Assembly: GCA_031367295.1 (NCBI GenBank)
Contig: JANLPP010000484.1
Coordinates: forward strand, 1-52,069
DNA from: Hyphomicrobiales bacterium
GTDB lineage: Bacteria > Pseudomonadota > Alphaproteobacteria > Rhizobiales > Beijerinckiaceae
Length of the DNA stretch: 52,069 nucleotides
Direction: 5' to 3'
Shown: positions 17,821 to 26,983 of the stretch, in pieces
How the letters are laid out: each line of letters opens with the position of its first letter
How positions within the stretch are numbered: the first letter of the stretch is position 1
Translations under genes and position numbers: made by a program
The notes under the pieces: generated by a model
What the model was told of the DNA's origin: nothing
The model's database searches: none
What the model saw: only the letters and a program-made list of their open reading frames with translations

Positions 17821-20208
17821 GTGTTCCCTCGTGATCAGACGCCAGCAGAACCTGAGGGCGAGGGACCGCAGACGTGGCGCGATCCGGCGCGGGAGGGGCG
17901 CGAGCGGGAAGGCGCAGACCTTGGCGAAATGCTGCGCATCATCGCGCGCCACTGGTTCGCGGTGCTGTTGCCGCTGGTGCTGGCGACGTCGCTGGCGCTG
18001 GCCTACCTTGTGGTGACGCGCCCGACCTATACGGCCACCGCCTCGATCCTGATTGATGCGCGGGTCAAGTCACCGGTGACATCCGACTCAGGGCCGGCGC
18101 TGGGTTTTCCGGATGCGGCGCTGGTTGAAAGCCAGGTCAAGCTGATCGCCTCGGATGTCGTGCTGCGCCGGGTGGTGGTGGGCGAGAAGCTGATGGAGGA
18201 TCCGGAGTTTATCATTGCCTCGCCCGGCCTGCGAGACCGGTTGCTTGGGCTGATCGGCCTTGGCGGGGCAGCCCCTGGCGGTGGTGACCCGACCGCCAAC
18301 GCGCTGGGCACGCTGGCGCGGGCGGTGACGGTCAAGCGCTCCGAGCGCACTTATGTCATGGATGTGGACGTGGCGGCGGGCGATGGCCAAAAGGCGGCAC
18401 GTATCGCCAATGCCATATCGCGCGCCTACATCGCAGACCAGCAGGATGCGCGCTATGAGACCTCAAAGCGCGACATTGATTTTCTGCGGGTGCGGCTTGA
18501 GAGCCTGCAGGCCCGCGTTCAGGACGCCGACCGCAAGGTTGAGGACTACAAGACCCAGAACCGGATTTCGGATGCCAATGGCAAGCTGATCAATGAGCAG
18601 CAGTTGCTGGAGGTGACGACCGCCCTTGGCGCCGCGCATGCGCGCGCCAGCGAGGCCAAGGCCAAGTATGACCAGATTCAGCGGCTGGCAAATTCGGGCA
18701 AGCTGCCGGACGCGACAAGTGACGCGGTGAAGTCCGTCACCATCGACAAGCTGCGCGGGCAATATGCCGAGATTGCGCGGCAGGAGGCCAATTTCCGCGC
18801 CACGCTTGGCGCGCGCCATCCGGCGATGGTTGAGGTGGAAACGCAGCTGCGCGAGGTGCGCCGCCTGATTGCCGAGGAGCTGAAGCGCATCGCCGACACC
18901 AGCGCCAATGAGTATCAGACCGCGCGTTCAGCCGAGACGGCACTTGAGCGCCAGTCGGACTCGCTTAAAAAAGCCAGCAGCGTGACCAACCAGTCGCTTG
19001 TGCAGTTGCGCGAGCTGCAACGTGAGGCGGATGCGCAGCGCAGTGTCTACGAAAAATTCCTGCGCACGCGCGAGACCCTGACCGGCGATAATTCTGAACA
19101 GCCGATCGCCCGCATCATTGCGCCGGCACTGCCTTCAAATGTCCCCTCGGCGCCGCGCCGCGCCGCAATACTGTCACTGGCAATTATCGGGGGTCTGGCG
19201 CTGGGCATCGCCAACGCGCTGCTGGCGCATGCCTGGCGCAGGGGGCCGGCGCCCGCAGGCAGGCTGCCGCGCGCGCTGGACGCGCTTCGCCTGTCGCGAC
19301 GCAATGGGCCTGCCCCGCCCGCGCCGGCTGCGCAGGAGCCGCCCGGTGTTGCGGCCAGGACACTGGCACATGGCGGCGGGCTTGCGCGACCTGGGTCGGC
19401 AGCGCCAACGCAGCCGCCAGGCATGGCACCCGCAGCGCCCGCCGCAGCCTCGCCGCCGCGCGCCGGCCGCCGCAGCGCGGATGTGCCGCGCGTTATCGGG
19501 TCAATGCCGACACTCGCGCCAGCGCGCCAGCCTGGCACCAACTGGTTTGCGCGCCACGCAGGCGGCGAGCCTGTGGTGGACGCCCTGAACGCCGCGCATG
19601 CGCGGCCCGGCAGCGCCTACGCAGAGGCGATACACGCGATACTGGCGCAAATTCGCGGCAGCCTGAGCGAGGGTGACCCGCAGACAGTTCTCGTGACCGC
19701 GCGCCATGCCAATATTGGTGTCAGCGCGCTGTCAGCAAATCTGGCTTTTGCTGCTGCGGCTGAAGGCGAGCGGGTGCTGCTGATTGAGGCCAATGGCGCG
19801 CATCCCGTGCTCTCCACGCTCGTGCAGGAGGGCGGCATCGCCACGCCCATCATGCTGAAGGGCGTCATGCGCCTTGCCTACCGCCTTGATGCGGGAGACG
19901 AGGGCATGCTGATGGTGGTGCCGCTGGAGGACGAGCCTGAGGCGGGCGCGCCTGATGTGGCTGTGTCGGGTCGCCGCCTCGACGGCATAAAAAACAACTT
20001 CAGTTTTGTTGTCATCGACGGCGCGGTGATCGGTGACGATGATGCGACGATGATGGCCTCGGCCGCCACCGACATCATCATTGTTTCCGGCGCCCCGGAA
20101 TGTGACAGCGAGAGTCTCGCCGGGCTTTGCGCGGACCTTGGCGTGCCGTCCCAAAAAATTTACGGGCTGGTGCTGTCGCGCAGTGATGCCGCGAGCCGGG
20201 CGGCGTGA
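17821..20208 (+). CDS. Polysaccharide co-polymerase / exopolysaccharide transport protein (ExoP/GumC/Wzc-like) with Pro/Ala-rich linker and degenerate C-terminal BY-kinase-like domain
   Basis: 795 aa. TM1 (WFAVLLPLVLATSLALAYLVV) is followed by a Wzz-like region (YTATASILID), a long coiled-coil periplasmic region, and TM2 (AAILSLAIIGGLALGIANALLAHA). The C-terminus aligns to the BY-kinase pattern but lacks Walker A. GTG start with AAAGG RBS. Confidence 0.85.
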   Translation: MFPRDQTPAEPEGEGPQTWRDPAREGREREGADLGEMLRIIARHWFAVLLPLVLATSLALAYLVVTRPTYTATASILIDARVKSPVTSDSGPALGFPDAALVESQVKLIASDVVLRRVVVGEKLMEDPEFIIASPGLRDRLLGLIGLGGAAPGGGDPTANALGTLARAVTVKRSERTYVMDVDVAAGDGQKAARIANAISRAYIADQQDARYETSKRDIDFLRVRLESLQARVQDADRKVEDYKTQNRISDANGKLINEQQLLEVTTALGAAHARASEAKAKYDQIQRLANSGKLPDATSDAVKSVTIDKLRGQYAEIARQEANFRATLGARHPAMVEVETQLREVRRLIAEELKRIADTSANEYQTARSAETALERQSDSLKKASSVTNQSLVQLRELQREADAQRSVYEKFLRTRETLTGDNSEQPIARIIAPALPSNVPSAPRRAAILSLAIIGGLALGIANALLAHAWRRGPAPAGRLPRALDALRLSRRNGPAPPAPAAQEPPGVAARTLAHGGGLARPGSAAPTQPPGMAPAAPAAASPPRAGRRSADVPRVIGSMPTLAPARQPGTNWFARHAGGEPVVDALNAAHARPGSAYAEAIHAILAQIRGSLSEGDPQTVLVTARHANIGVSALSANLAFAAAAEGERVLLIEANGAHPVLSTLVQEGGIATPIMLKGVMRLAYRLDAGDEGMLMVVPLEDEPEAGAPDVAVSGRRLDGIKNNFSFVVIDGAVIGDDDATMMASAATDIIIVSGAPECDSESLAGLCADLGVPSQKIYGLVLSRSDAASRAA

Positions 20209-21527
20209 GCGCCCTTCAGCCTGCGGGCCACAGGCTGCCCGCGCGGGCCAGGCGTTTTGGCAGTGCCGGGGCCGCCGCCCTTGAGCTGATTTCCGTTGGC
20301 GCGCTGTTTCTGGTCTCGGCGCTGGCGCTGAATGCCTGGGGGTTCAACTACGAGACCACCGGCGGCACCGTGTTCGAGAAAATTCACCCCGCCACCTGGG
20401 CGGCCTTTGCCGCGCTGGCGCTGCTGCTGCTGCGCCGTCCCGCGCCGCTGTTGTATCTCAACGCGCTGGTAAAATCCAGTCCGGGCCTGCTGGTCTATGG
20501 CATCGCATTCGCGGTGCTGTTCCAGCATATTGTGCTCGTGCAGCGCATGGCCTTCACACCGGTCATCGACACATTCCTGGCGCCGCTTGCCCTGTTCATC
20601 TGCCTGGCACAGGCCGCGCCGGCACAGCGCGGCAGGCTGGCCCTGCTGCTGCATGCGGCGATGTTCGCCAATGCCCTGCTCGGGCTTTATGAATCCCGCA
20701 CGGGCTGGCGGCTGACACCGTTTGCGCCAACGCCGGGCGGCATTGAGTTTGAGACCGACTGGCGCTCGTCAGCGTTTCTGGGCCATCCGCTCACCAATGC
20801 CATGACCACCGGCGTTTATGCGCTGGCGCTGGCGCAGGGCGGCGGGCGGGCGCTGGTGCCATTGCTGCGCCCGGCGGCGCTGCTCATCCAGATTATCGCG
20901 ATGGTTGCCTTTGGCGGGCGTGCCTCGCTGGTAATTCTGCTGGCGCTGCTTGGGCTGGTTGCCTGCCTCGGCGGCTATCGCGCTGCAAGCGGGGCGCGTG
21001 TGAACCTGGTGCAGGCGGGCCTTGTCATTGCCGCCATTCCGCTGGCGGCGATCCTGCTTGACCAGGCCATCGCCTCGGGCTTTTTCGACCGCCTCGCCGA
21101 GCGTTTTGTCGATGACAAGGGCAGCGCCAAATCGCGCCTCGTGCTGGTGCAATTGATTAACCAGTTCTCGTGGAGCGAGCTGCTGATCGGGCCTGATCCC
21201 GATAAGCTTGGCAGCCTGCAGACGCTGGAGGGTGTAGAGTTTGGCATCGAAAGTTTCTGGATTGGCTTCATGCTGGCCTACGGGCTTGTGGCCAGTGGCT
21301 TCTTCTTCATCGGCCTTGCCTGTTTCTGCCGCGAGCTGCTGCGCGAGACTGGCCCGGGCGCGTGGATCGTGCTGGTGTTTTTCTTTGCTGTGGCGACAAC
21401 ATCGGTGAGCATTTCGGCAAAATCCCTGACGCTGGCGCAGATGACAGCGGTGCTGCTCATCGCCCTGCCGCGCGGACGCGAAACCCGCACGGGCCGGCGC
21501 GGAATCAGGCAGCCCGCGCATGTCTGA
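20205..21527 (+). CDS. O-antigen ligase/Wzy-like polytopic membrane protein (putative EPS polymerase)
   Basis: 440 aa with roughly 10 hydrophobic segments. WRSSAFLGHPLTNAMTTG...GGRASLV resembles the Wzy_C/O-antigen ligase loop. GTGA overlap with the upstream gene. Confidence 0.7.
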   Translation: MSALQPAGHRLPARARRFGSAGAAALELISVGALFLVSALALNAWGFNYETTGGTVFEKIHPATWAAFAALALLLLRRPAPLLYLNALVKSSPGLLVYGIAFAVLFQHIVLVQRMAFTPVIDTFLAPLALFICLAQAAPAQRGRLALLLHAAMFANALLGLYESRTGWRLTPFAPTPGGIEFETDWRSSAFLGHPLTNAMTTGVYALALAQGGGRALVPLLRPAALLIQIIAMVAFGGRASLVILLALLGLVACLGGYRAASGARVNLVQAGLVIAAIPLAAILLDQAIASGFFDRLAERFVDDKGSAKSRLVLVQLINQFSWSELLIGPDPDKLGSLQTLEGVEFGIESFWIGFMLAYGLVASGFFFIGLACFCRELLRETGPGAWIVLVFFFAVATTSVSISAKSLTLAQMTAVLLIALPRGRETRTGRRGIRQPAHV

Positions 21528-22584
21528 GGCGGACGCGAACATCTATGTGGATCACACGCATTGCGGCCGCCACGTCACCGGGCTTGAGCGCATAACGCAG
21601 GAGCTGTTTTCAGCTGAGGCGCTCGCGCCGCTGCCTGTCAGGCTGGTCACCGCGGCGGGCCGGACGCAGATGCTGCTGCGCCAGAACGTCACGCTGCCGC
21701 TGGCGGCGGCGCGCGACAAGACCGCCATTGTCATCACGCCCGGCTTCCCGCCATCGCCTTTGCTGGCGCTGTTTGGCGCGCGCGTGCTGCCCTATATCCA
21801 CGACCTTTTCCTGCTGACGCGGCGGCAGGATCTGAACATCCGCGCGCGGCTCTACATGGCAGCGCCGTTCCGCTTTGCGGTGCAGCGGCTGCCGAGATTC
21901 CTGGTCAATTCGCTGCATACGCGTGATGAGCTGCGGCGCTTCTGCCGGGCGGATGCCGAAATCATTCCCTACCGCCCCGGCGTGCGCAATGTCTTCGGCG
22001 TGTCCGCGCTTGGCCGGGCGGAGCGGGCAGACGCGCCGCGCGCCTTGCGCCTTGTCGCGCTCGGCACTGTCGAACCGCGCAAGAACCTGCTGGCGGCCGC
22101 CGGAATCCTGTGCGCCTTGCGGGCGAGGCATTTTGCCGATGCCACGCTCGACATTGTCGGGCGCATTGGCTGGGGCCCCGACGCCGAGGTCTTGCGGGCG
22201 ACGGCGGGCGTTACGCTGCATGGCTACCAGAGCACCGCGGCGGGCCGCGCGATTATTGAAAGCGCCGACGCCTACATCACCACCGCGCATGACGAGGGGC
22301 TTGGCCTGCCGCTGCTGGAGGTGCAATATGCCGGCCTGCCAGTGATCGCGCCGGACAAAACCGTGTTCCGCGAGGTGCTGGGCGCAACCGGCCTGCTGCT
22401 GGCCGATGTTGCGGCGCAGGCGCAGGCTGACCACATTGCCGCCATGGTCGACACGCCGGGCTGGCGCTCCCGGCACGTCGCTGAAGCCGCGTCAAACCTC
22501 ACACGCTGGAACGCGATTGCGGCTGGCGACAAGGCTGTTGTCATGGACCTTCTGGCGCGCCTTTCGGGCCATGCCGGGAAATGA
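21520..22584 (+). CDS. Glycosyltransferase, GT4/group 1 family
   Basis: 354 aa. EPRKNL...HDEGLGLPLLEVQYAGLPVIAPD (E-x7-E region). ATGTCTGA overlap with the upstream gene. Confidence 0.85.
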   Translation: MSEADANIYVDHTHCGRHVTGLERITQELFSAEALAPLPVRLVTAAGRTQMLLRQNVTLPLAAARDKTAIVITPGFPPSPLLALFGARVLPYIHDLFLLTRRQDLNIRARLYMAAPFRFAVQRLPRFLVNSLHTRDELRRFCRADAEIIPYRPGVRNVFGVSALGRAERADAPRALRLVALGTVEPRKNLLAAAGILCALRARHFADATLDIVGRIGWGPDAEVLRATAGVTLHGYQSTAAGRAIIESADAYITTAHDEGLGLPLLEVQYAGLPVIAPDKTVFREVLGATGLLLADVAAQAQADHIAAMVDTPGWRSRHVAEAASNLTRWNAIAAGDKAVVMDLLARLSGHAGK

Positions 22585-22662
22585 ACGGCGTGGTGCGGCA
22601 CAGGCCAGACCAGCGCGGCACTGGCGCGGAAATTGCTGCCTCCGCCTCAACCCTCACACGGA

Positions 22663-23484
22663 ATGCCCATGACGTCTCAAGCTGATACAGAGCGGTCGCC
22701 TGCCTTGCCGACGCTGGCGCGGATTGACGGCCAGACGGTCAACCTTGCGACCCGGGCGGATGCCATTGCGGCGATGCTTGGTGCGGCAGGGGCGGGGCAT
22801 GGCTTCACGCTGTTCACCCTCAATCTCGATCATCTGGTCAAGCGCCGCGCCGACGCCGCCTTCCGCGCCGCCTACGCGCGCGCGACATTTGTCACGGCGG
22901 ATGGCGCGCCGGTTGTGCGGCTGACGAGGGCGCAGTCGCCTCGCATACAGCGCACGACGGGCGCTGATCTTGTTGCGCCGCTGTGCCGGGCGGCTGCCGC
23001 CAATGGCGTGCCGCTGTACCTGTTTGGCGCAACCCAAAGCTCGCTCGACAAGGCCGCGCTGGCTTTGTGCGCGCAGTATCCCGGCCTCGCCATTGCCGGA
23101 GCCGAGGCGCCGCCGTTTGGCTTTGATCCGCTGTCGGCGGCGGCGGACGCGGCCGCCGCCCGCATGGCAGAATCCGGCGCGCGCATTGTTCTGCTGGCGC
23201 TTGGCGCGCCAAAGCAGGAACTGTTCGCCGACCGCGCCTTTGCGCAGCATCCGGGCCTCGGGTTTGTCTGTATCGGCGCAGCGCTGGATTTCATTTCAGG
23301 CGAGCAGGCGCGCGCGCCCAAACTGTTTCAGGCGATCGGGTTTGAATGGCTGTGGCGGCTGGGCAGCCAGCCGCGCCGCCTTGCCGCGCGCTACTGGCAA
23401 TGCGCCCTGCTGCTGGCTGATATTGCAGTGGTTGCGCCGCTGCGCCAGCGCTGGCGCGGGGCTGACCCGCGCCTGAGCCTCTAG
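22663..23484 (+). CDS. WecB/TagA/CpsF-family glycosyltransferase
   Basis: FTLFTLNLDHLVK...FVTADGAPVV...LYLFGA...LLALGAPKQELF...GIGAALDF...EWLWRL are family motifs. Start is uncertain (22633 TTG, 22663 or 22669 ATG). Confidence 0.85.
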   Translation: MPMTSQADTERSPALPTLARIDGQTVNLATRADAIAAMLGAAGAGHGFTLFTLNLDHLVKRRADAAFRAAYARATFVTADGAPVVRLTRAQSPRIQRTTGADLVAPLCRAAAANGVPLYLFGATQSSLDKAALALCAQYPGLAIAGAEAPPFGFDPLSAAADAAAARMAESGARIVLLALGAPKQELFADRAFAQHPGLGFVCIGAALDFISGEQARAPKLFQAIGFEWLWRLGSQPRRLAARYWQCALLLADIAVVAPLRQRWRGADPRLSL

Positions 23485-23487
23485 CCC

Positions 23488-24699
23488 GTGAGCGCGGGCG
23501 CATACCGCATCTGCCTGATGCATCCGATGGACCCGCGCGGGGCCAAACTCGGCGGCATTGAAACCCATGTTCGGCTGATTCTGCGCCGTCATCCAGACGA
23601 TTTCTGCGTGTTGTTTGTTGGCGTCGACGAGATTGGCGACTGCAAGCTTGGCGAGGTGACGCGCATTGCCATGGGCGAGCGCATGATTGATTTTCTGCCC
23701 GTGGCGCGCATCAGCGGCGAGGCCATCAATCTTGCCGGCAGGACCATCACCGGCTCGACGACATTCCGCTTTGCCACCGGCGCGCTGCGCTATCTCCGGC
23801 GCATCCGCAAGGCGCTGAAGGGCGCGCGCGCCTCGGCGGATCTGCAGCGCTTTGAGTTTGCAATCCTGCCAAAGCTGCTGGGCCTGAAAAATATCCAGAT
23901 GGTGCATGGCGAGGGCAGCAAAGACGAAAAGATGGACAGCCTGATCAAGGCCTACTGGTTCCTCCACCGCTTTAATGAAAAGCTGGCGCTGTCGCTGGCC
24001 AACCGCATTCTCTGCGTCAATCCGAATATTCTGAAACGCCTCACGCGCGATTTTCCAAAGGCGGCGCGCAAGGCCGAGGTGATGACCGTGTCAGTCGATA
24101 CGCGGCAATTCCGCCCGCAGCCTTTTGATTGCGCCGACGGCATTTTCCGCATTGTGTTTGCCGGGCGCCTCGATGAATTCAAAGACCCGCCGCTGATGTT
24201 CCGCGTGCTGAAAGCCTTGCATGCGCAGCTGAAGGGCGGGCTTGAGTTTCACTACGCGGGCACCAGTGATCCGCACCGCTACAGTGAGTTTGCGGCGATC
24301 GAGACCTTTACGACACGCCATGGTTTCCTGTCTGCGGCTGAGGTCGCGGCGCTTGCGGCACGCTGCCACGCGGGCATTCTCACCTCGTATTTTGAGGGAA
24401 TGCCCTGCTATCTGCTGGAGACACTGGCAAGCGGGCGGCCTTTTGCGGCAATCCGGCTGCCGCAATATGATCCGCTGATTGTGGCAGGAAAGAGCGGTTT
24501 CATGGTCGAGCGCAGCGAGCCGGCGGAGGCCTGCGAGGCGGGGCTGGCCGCAGCGTTTGTGAGGCTGTGGGAAATGATCCGGGACGGCGGAATTGATCCG
24601 GCCGGCGTGCATGCGCTGGCGCTGCCCTATTCGGTGGAAAACCAGATGGCACGGCTGTTTGCGCATCACCGGGCGTTGCAGGACGGTGGCAGCGCGTAG
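23488..24699 (+). CDS. Glycosyltransferase, group 1 family
   Basis: 403 aa. GGIETHV near the N-terminus. FVFAGRLDEFKDP...TSYFEGMPCYLLETLASGRP is a C-terminal GT-B signature. GTG start 3 nt after the upstream stop. Confidence 0.8.
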   Translation: MSAGAYRICLMHPMDPRGAKLGGIETHVRLILRRHPDDFCVLFVGVDEIGDCKLGEVTRIAMGERMIDFLPVARISGEAINLAGRTITGSTTFRFATGALRYLRRIRKALKGARASADLQRFEFAILPKLLGLKNIQMVHGEGSKDEKMDSLIKAYWFLHRFNEKLALSLANRILCVNPNILKRLTRDFPKAARKAEVMTVSVDTRQFRPQPFDCADGIFRIVFAGRLDEFKDPPLMFRVLKALHAQLKGGLEFHYAGTSDPHRYSEFAAIETFTTRHGFLSAAEVAALAARCHAGILTSYFEGMPCYLLETLASGRPFAAIRLPQYDPLIVAGKSGFMVERSEPAEACEAGLAAAFVRLWEMIRDGGIDPAGVHALALPYSVENQMARLFAHHRALQDGGSA

Positions 24700-24768
24700 T
24701 GCGGGTGATGGATTTGCGTGCGCGCGGCCACACGGGTGGCAGCGCAAACCTGCCAGCGTTGCAATCCT

Positions 24769-25896
24769 TCACGCTGTCCCTGCGGGCCGGCCCTCTCCTG
24801 AAACTCCGGGGCTTCTACCCGCGATCACCGCTTCAAACAGTCCCGCATATGTCTCCACTGCCGCGTCAACACTGAATGCCTGCGCCCGCTCAATGCGCGG
24901 CGCGGGGTCGCCCGGTTGCGCCAGCGCCTGCGTTATCGCAGCGGCCAGCGCCATCGCGTTCCTGTGGGGCACGAGAGCGCCAAAATCGCCACCGCGCAAT
25001 ATCTCGCGCGGCCCGTCGCTTGCCGTGGAGACGACCGGCAATCCATGCGCCAGCGCCTCAACCACCACGAGGCCAAACGACTCGGAGTCTGAGGCGAGCG
25101 CAAAACAGCGCGCCGCGTCATAGAGCGCCCAGGGCTGCGCCACATAGCCCGCCAGCGTGACGCGCTGCCGCAGGCCAAGCCGCGCAATCTCCGCCTCGAT
25201 CACTGGCCGCTGATCGCCCTCGCCCATGATGATGAGGCGCGCGCTGCCGGGCTGAACCAGCGCAAAGGCGCGCGCCAGCAGCGGAAAATTCTTGTAGGCG
25301 ACCAGACGCCCGGCGGCGAGCACGATGGGGGCGCGCGCCTCCAGCGGCGTGGCCTGCGCGGCACCTGCGGCCGGGCCGCCTGTCACCGGGTTGTAGATGC
25401 GCAGGCAGCGCGCGGCGCTTGCCCGCCATTTGCTGACGATATGCGCAAGCAGGCCGTCCGACACCGCAACGGTGCGCGCCATCAGCCGCGTTGACAGGGG
25501 AGTGAGCCAGTAGCTGATGCGGCTGAGCCGCTGCGGCTCGCTGTGGTCATAGCCATGATAGGACTGGAGCGCGCTGCGGCGGCGGCCAGCCAGCAGCGCC
25601 GCGACAAGATGCTTGAGGTTGGACACACATAGCGCAGAAATGGAGATGTCCGGCTTTTCGCGGCGCAGCAGGCGCGCCAGCCGTAGCGTGGCGGTGAGAT
25701 GGCCGCCGCCCAGCGTCACGCGGCGCACTGCCGGGTCAACGTACCCGGCGTTGCTGGCATCCTCATAGTCGAGCGCGAGAATCACCTCATGGCCGCGCTG
25801 CGCAAAGCCTGAGGCCAGCAGCGCCCAGACGCGCTCCGCGCCGCCGCCGCTCATCGCGTGGGTGTAGAACAGCAGCTTGCGCTTTGCGTCTGTCAT
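24769..25896 (-). CDS. Glycosyltransferase, GT4/group 1 family
   Basis: Start at codon 17 of ORF 24769..25944 (MTDAKRKLLFYTHAMSGGGAERV). C-terminal SDSESFGLVVVEALAHGLPVVST. Confidence 0.85.
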   Translation of the reverse strand: MTDAKRKLLFYTHAMSGGGAERVWALLASGFAQRGHEVILALDYEDASNAGYVDPAVRRVTLGGGHLTATLRLARLLRREKPDISISALCVSNLKHLVAALLAGRRRSALQSYHGYDHSEPQRLSRISYWLTPLSTRLMARTVAVSDGLLAHIVSKWRASAARCLRIYNPVTGGPAAGAAQATPLEARAPIVLAAGRLVAYKNFPLLARAFALVQPGSARLIIMGEGDQRPVIEAEIARLGLRQRVTLAGYVAQPWALYDAARCFALASDSESFGLVVVEALAHGLPVVSTASDGPREILRGGDFGALVPHRNAMALAAAITQALAQPGDPAPRIERAQAFSVDAAVETYAGLFEAVIAGRSPGVSGEGRPAGTA

Positions 25897-25912
25897 GCAG
25901 CGTGCGCCAGCC

Positions 25913-26818
25913 TCAGGCCAGAAGGTCAAGCGGCGAGCCGACAATCATCGGGTAAATGCGGTCCTCGAAATCGTCCAGCGCGACAAGGTCATAGCCGACG
26001 CCAGCCACCAGCGCCTTCAGCGCGCGCGTGAGGCCGCCACCCGCGCCGTAGCGGGAGGGATTGTGGATGTCATAGAGAAACGGATAGCCCGCAGCTTTCA
26101 GGCAGGCCGCGACCTTGCGGCCCTGCGCCACGCCGGCGATCTCGCAGATCACCAGAGGCTTGTCGCGGACCAGCAGATCGGACAGGCCGGCCACCACCTT
26201 GTCCTCAAGCCCCTCCACGTCGATCTTGATGAAGGCGGCGCGCTCGCCCGGCGCCAGCTCGTCGAGAATGAAGCGGTCGGCCCGCTTCAGCTGCATCGCC
26301 ACCCCCCTGGCCCCCGCCTCGCGGCTGAAACTGCTGGCGCCGAGGTTGCCGCTTGTGTCCTGCGCATAGGTCAGCACCTCGTCGGCGTCAGACAGTGCGA
26401 CGCGGTGCGCGGTGACGCCGTCAAGCTTGTTGAGCGCGATGTTGGCACTGAGCACATGATGGATCATCGGGTTGGGCTCAAAGCTGTGGACGCGGTCAAA
26501 CCGGCTGCGCAGGTAGACAGTGTGCGTGCCGATATTCGCGCCAATGTCGATGGCCACAAGTTTTTCGCCGGCCAACATCCCCTTGGCGCGGGCGCGCTCG
26601 ATCAGCGTGTCGAGGCTGGCGAGATAGCCTTTCTCAAACGCGCCTTCGGCAATGATGGTCGAGCCGATATAGTCCTCCGGCAGCAGGAAAAACCTGCCGC
26701 GCGTCTCCCCGGCGTGCCAGCGCCGCAGCAAGGCGAGGCCGCTGCGGCCGAGGCGGTCCAGCGCGACCGAGACGGCGGATTTCTGAGCAAGCTGCATTAT
26801 GGCCCCGGAAGAAAACAT
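25913..26818 (-). CDS. FkbM-family SAM-dependent methyltransferase
   Basis: VAIDIGANIGTHTVYL...SFEPNP...IKIDVEGLE motifs. Start is uncertain (26818 or 26797). Lies upstream of, and in the same orientation as, the GT at 24769..25896. Confidence 0.8.
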   Translation of the reverse strand: MFSSGAIMQLAQKSAVSVALDRLGRSGLALLRRWHAGETRGRFFLLPEDYIGSTIIAEGAFEKGYLASLDTLIERARAKGMLAGEKLVAIDIGANIGTHTVYLRSRFDRVHSFEPNPMIHHVLSANIALNKLDGVTAHRVALSDADEVLTYAQDTSGNLGASSFSREAGARGVAMQLKRADRFILDELAPGERAAFIKIDVEGLEDKVVAGLSDLLVRDKPLVICEIAGVAQGRKVAACLKAAGYPFLYDIHNPSRYGAGGGLTRALKALVAGVGYDLVALDDFEDRIYPMIVGSPLDLLA

Positions 26819-26983
26819 CGGACTGGTGTTCCTGTCTATTACATTTGCCTTGTCGGGGTGACAGGACCGCAAAAAACACGCCGCGCATGTGTTCCTTTGC
26901 AAGGCGGGCTGTGTTTATGTTCAACAAAGCCTTAACAGCTGCGCCGGACAGCGGCGTGACACGGCCAGATCAGGGGGAATGCG

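Noticed and set aside
19240-19545. GC-rich repetitive-looking stretch, examined as a possible CRISPR array or tandem repeat.
   Set aside because: There is no regular repeat-spacer periodicity. It is an irregular Pro/Ala/Arg low-complexity coding linker inside the ExoP-like ORF. No CRISPR-like array exists anywhere in the window.
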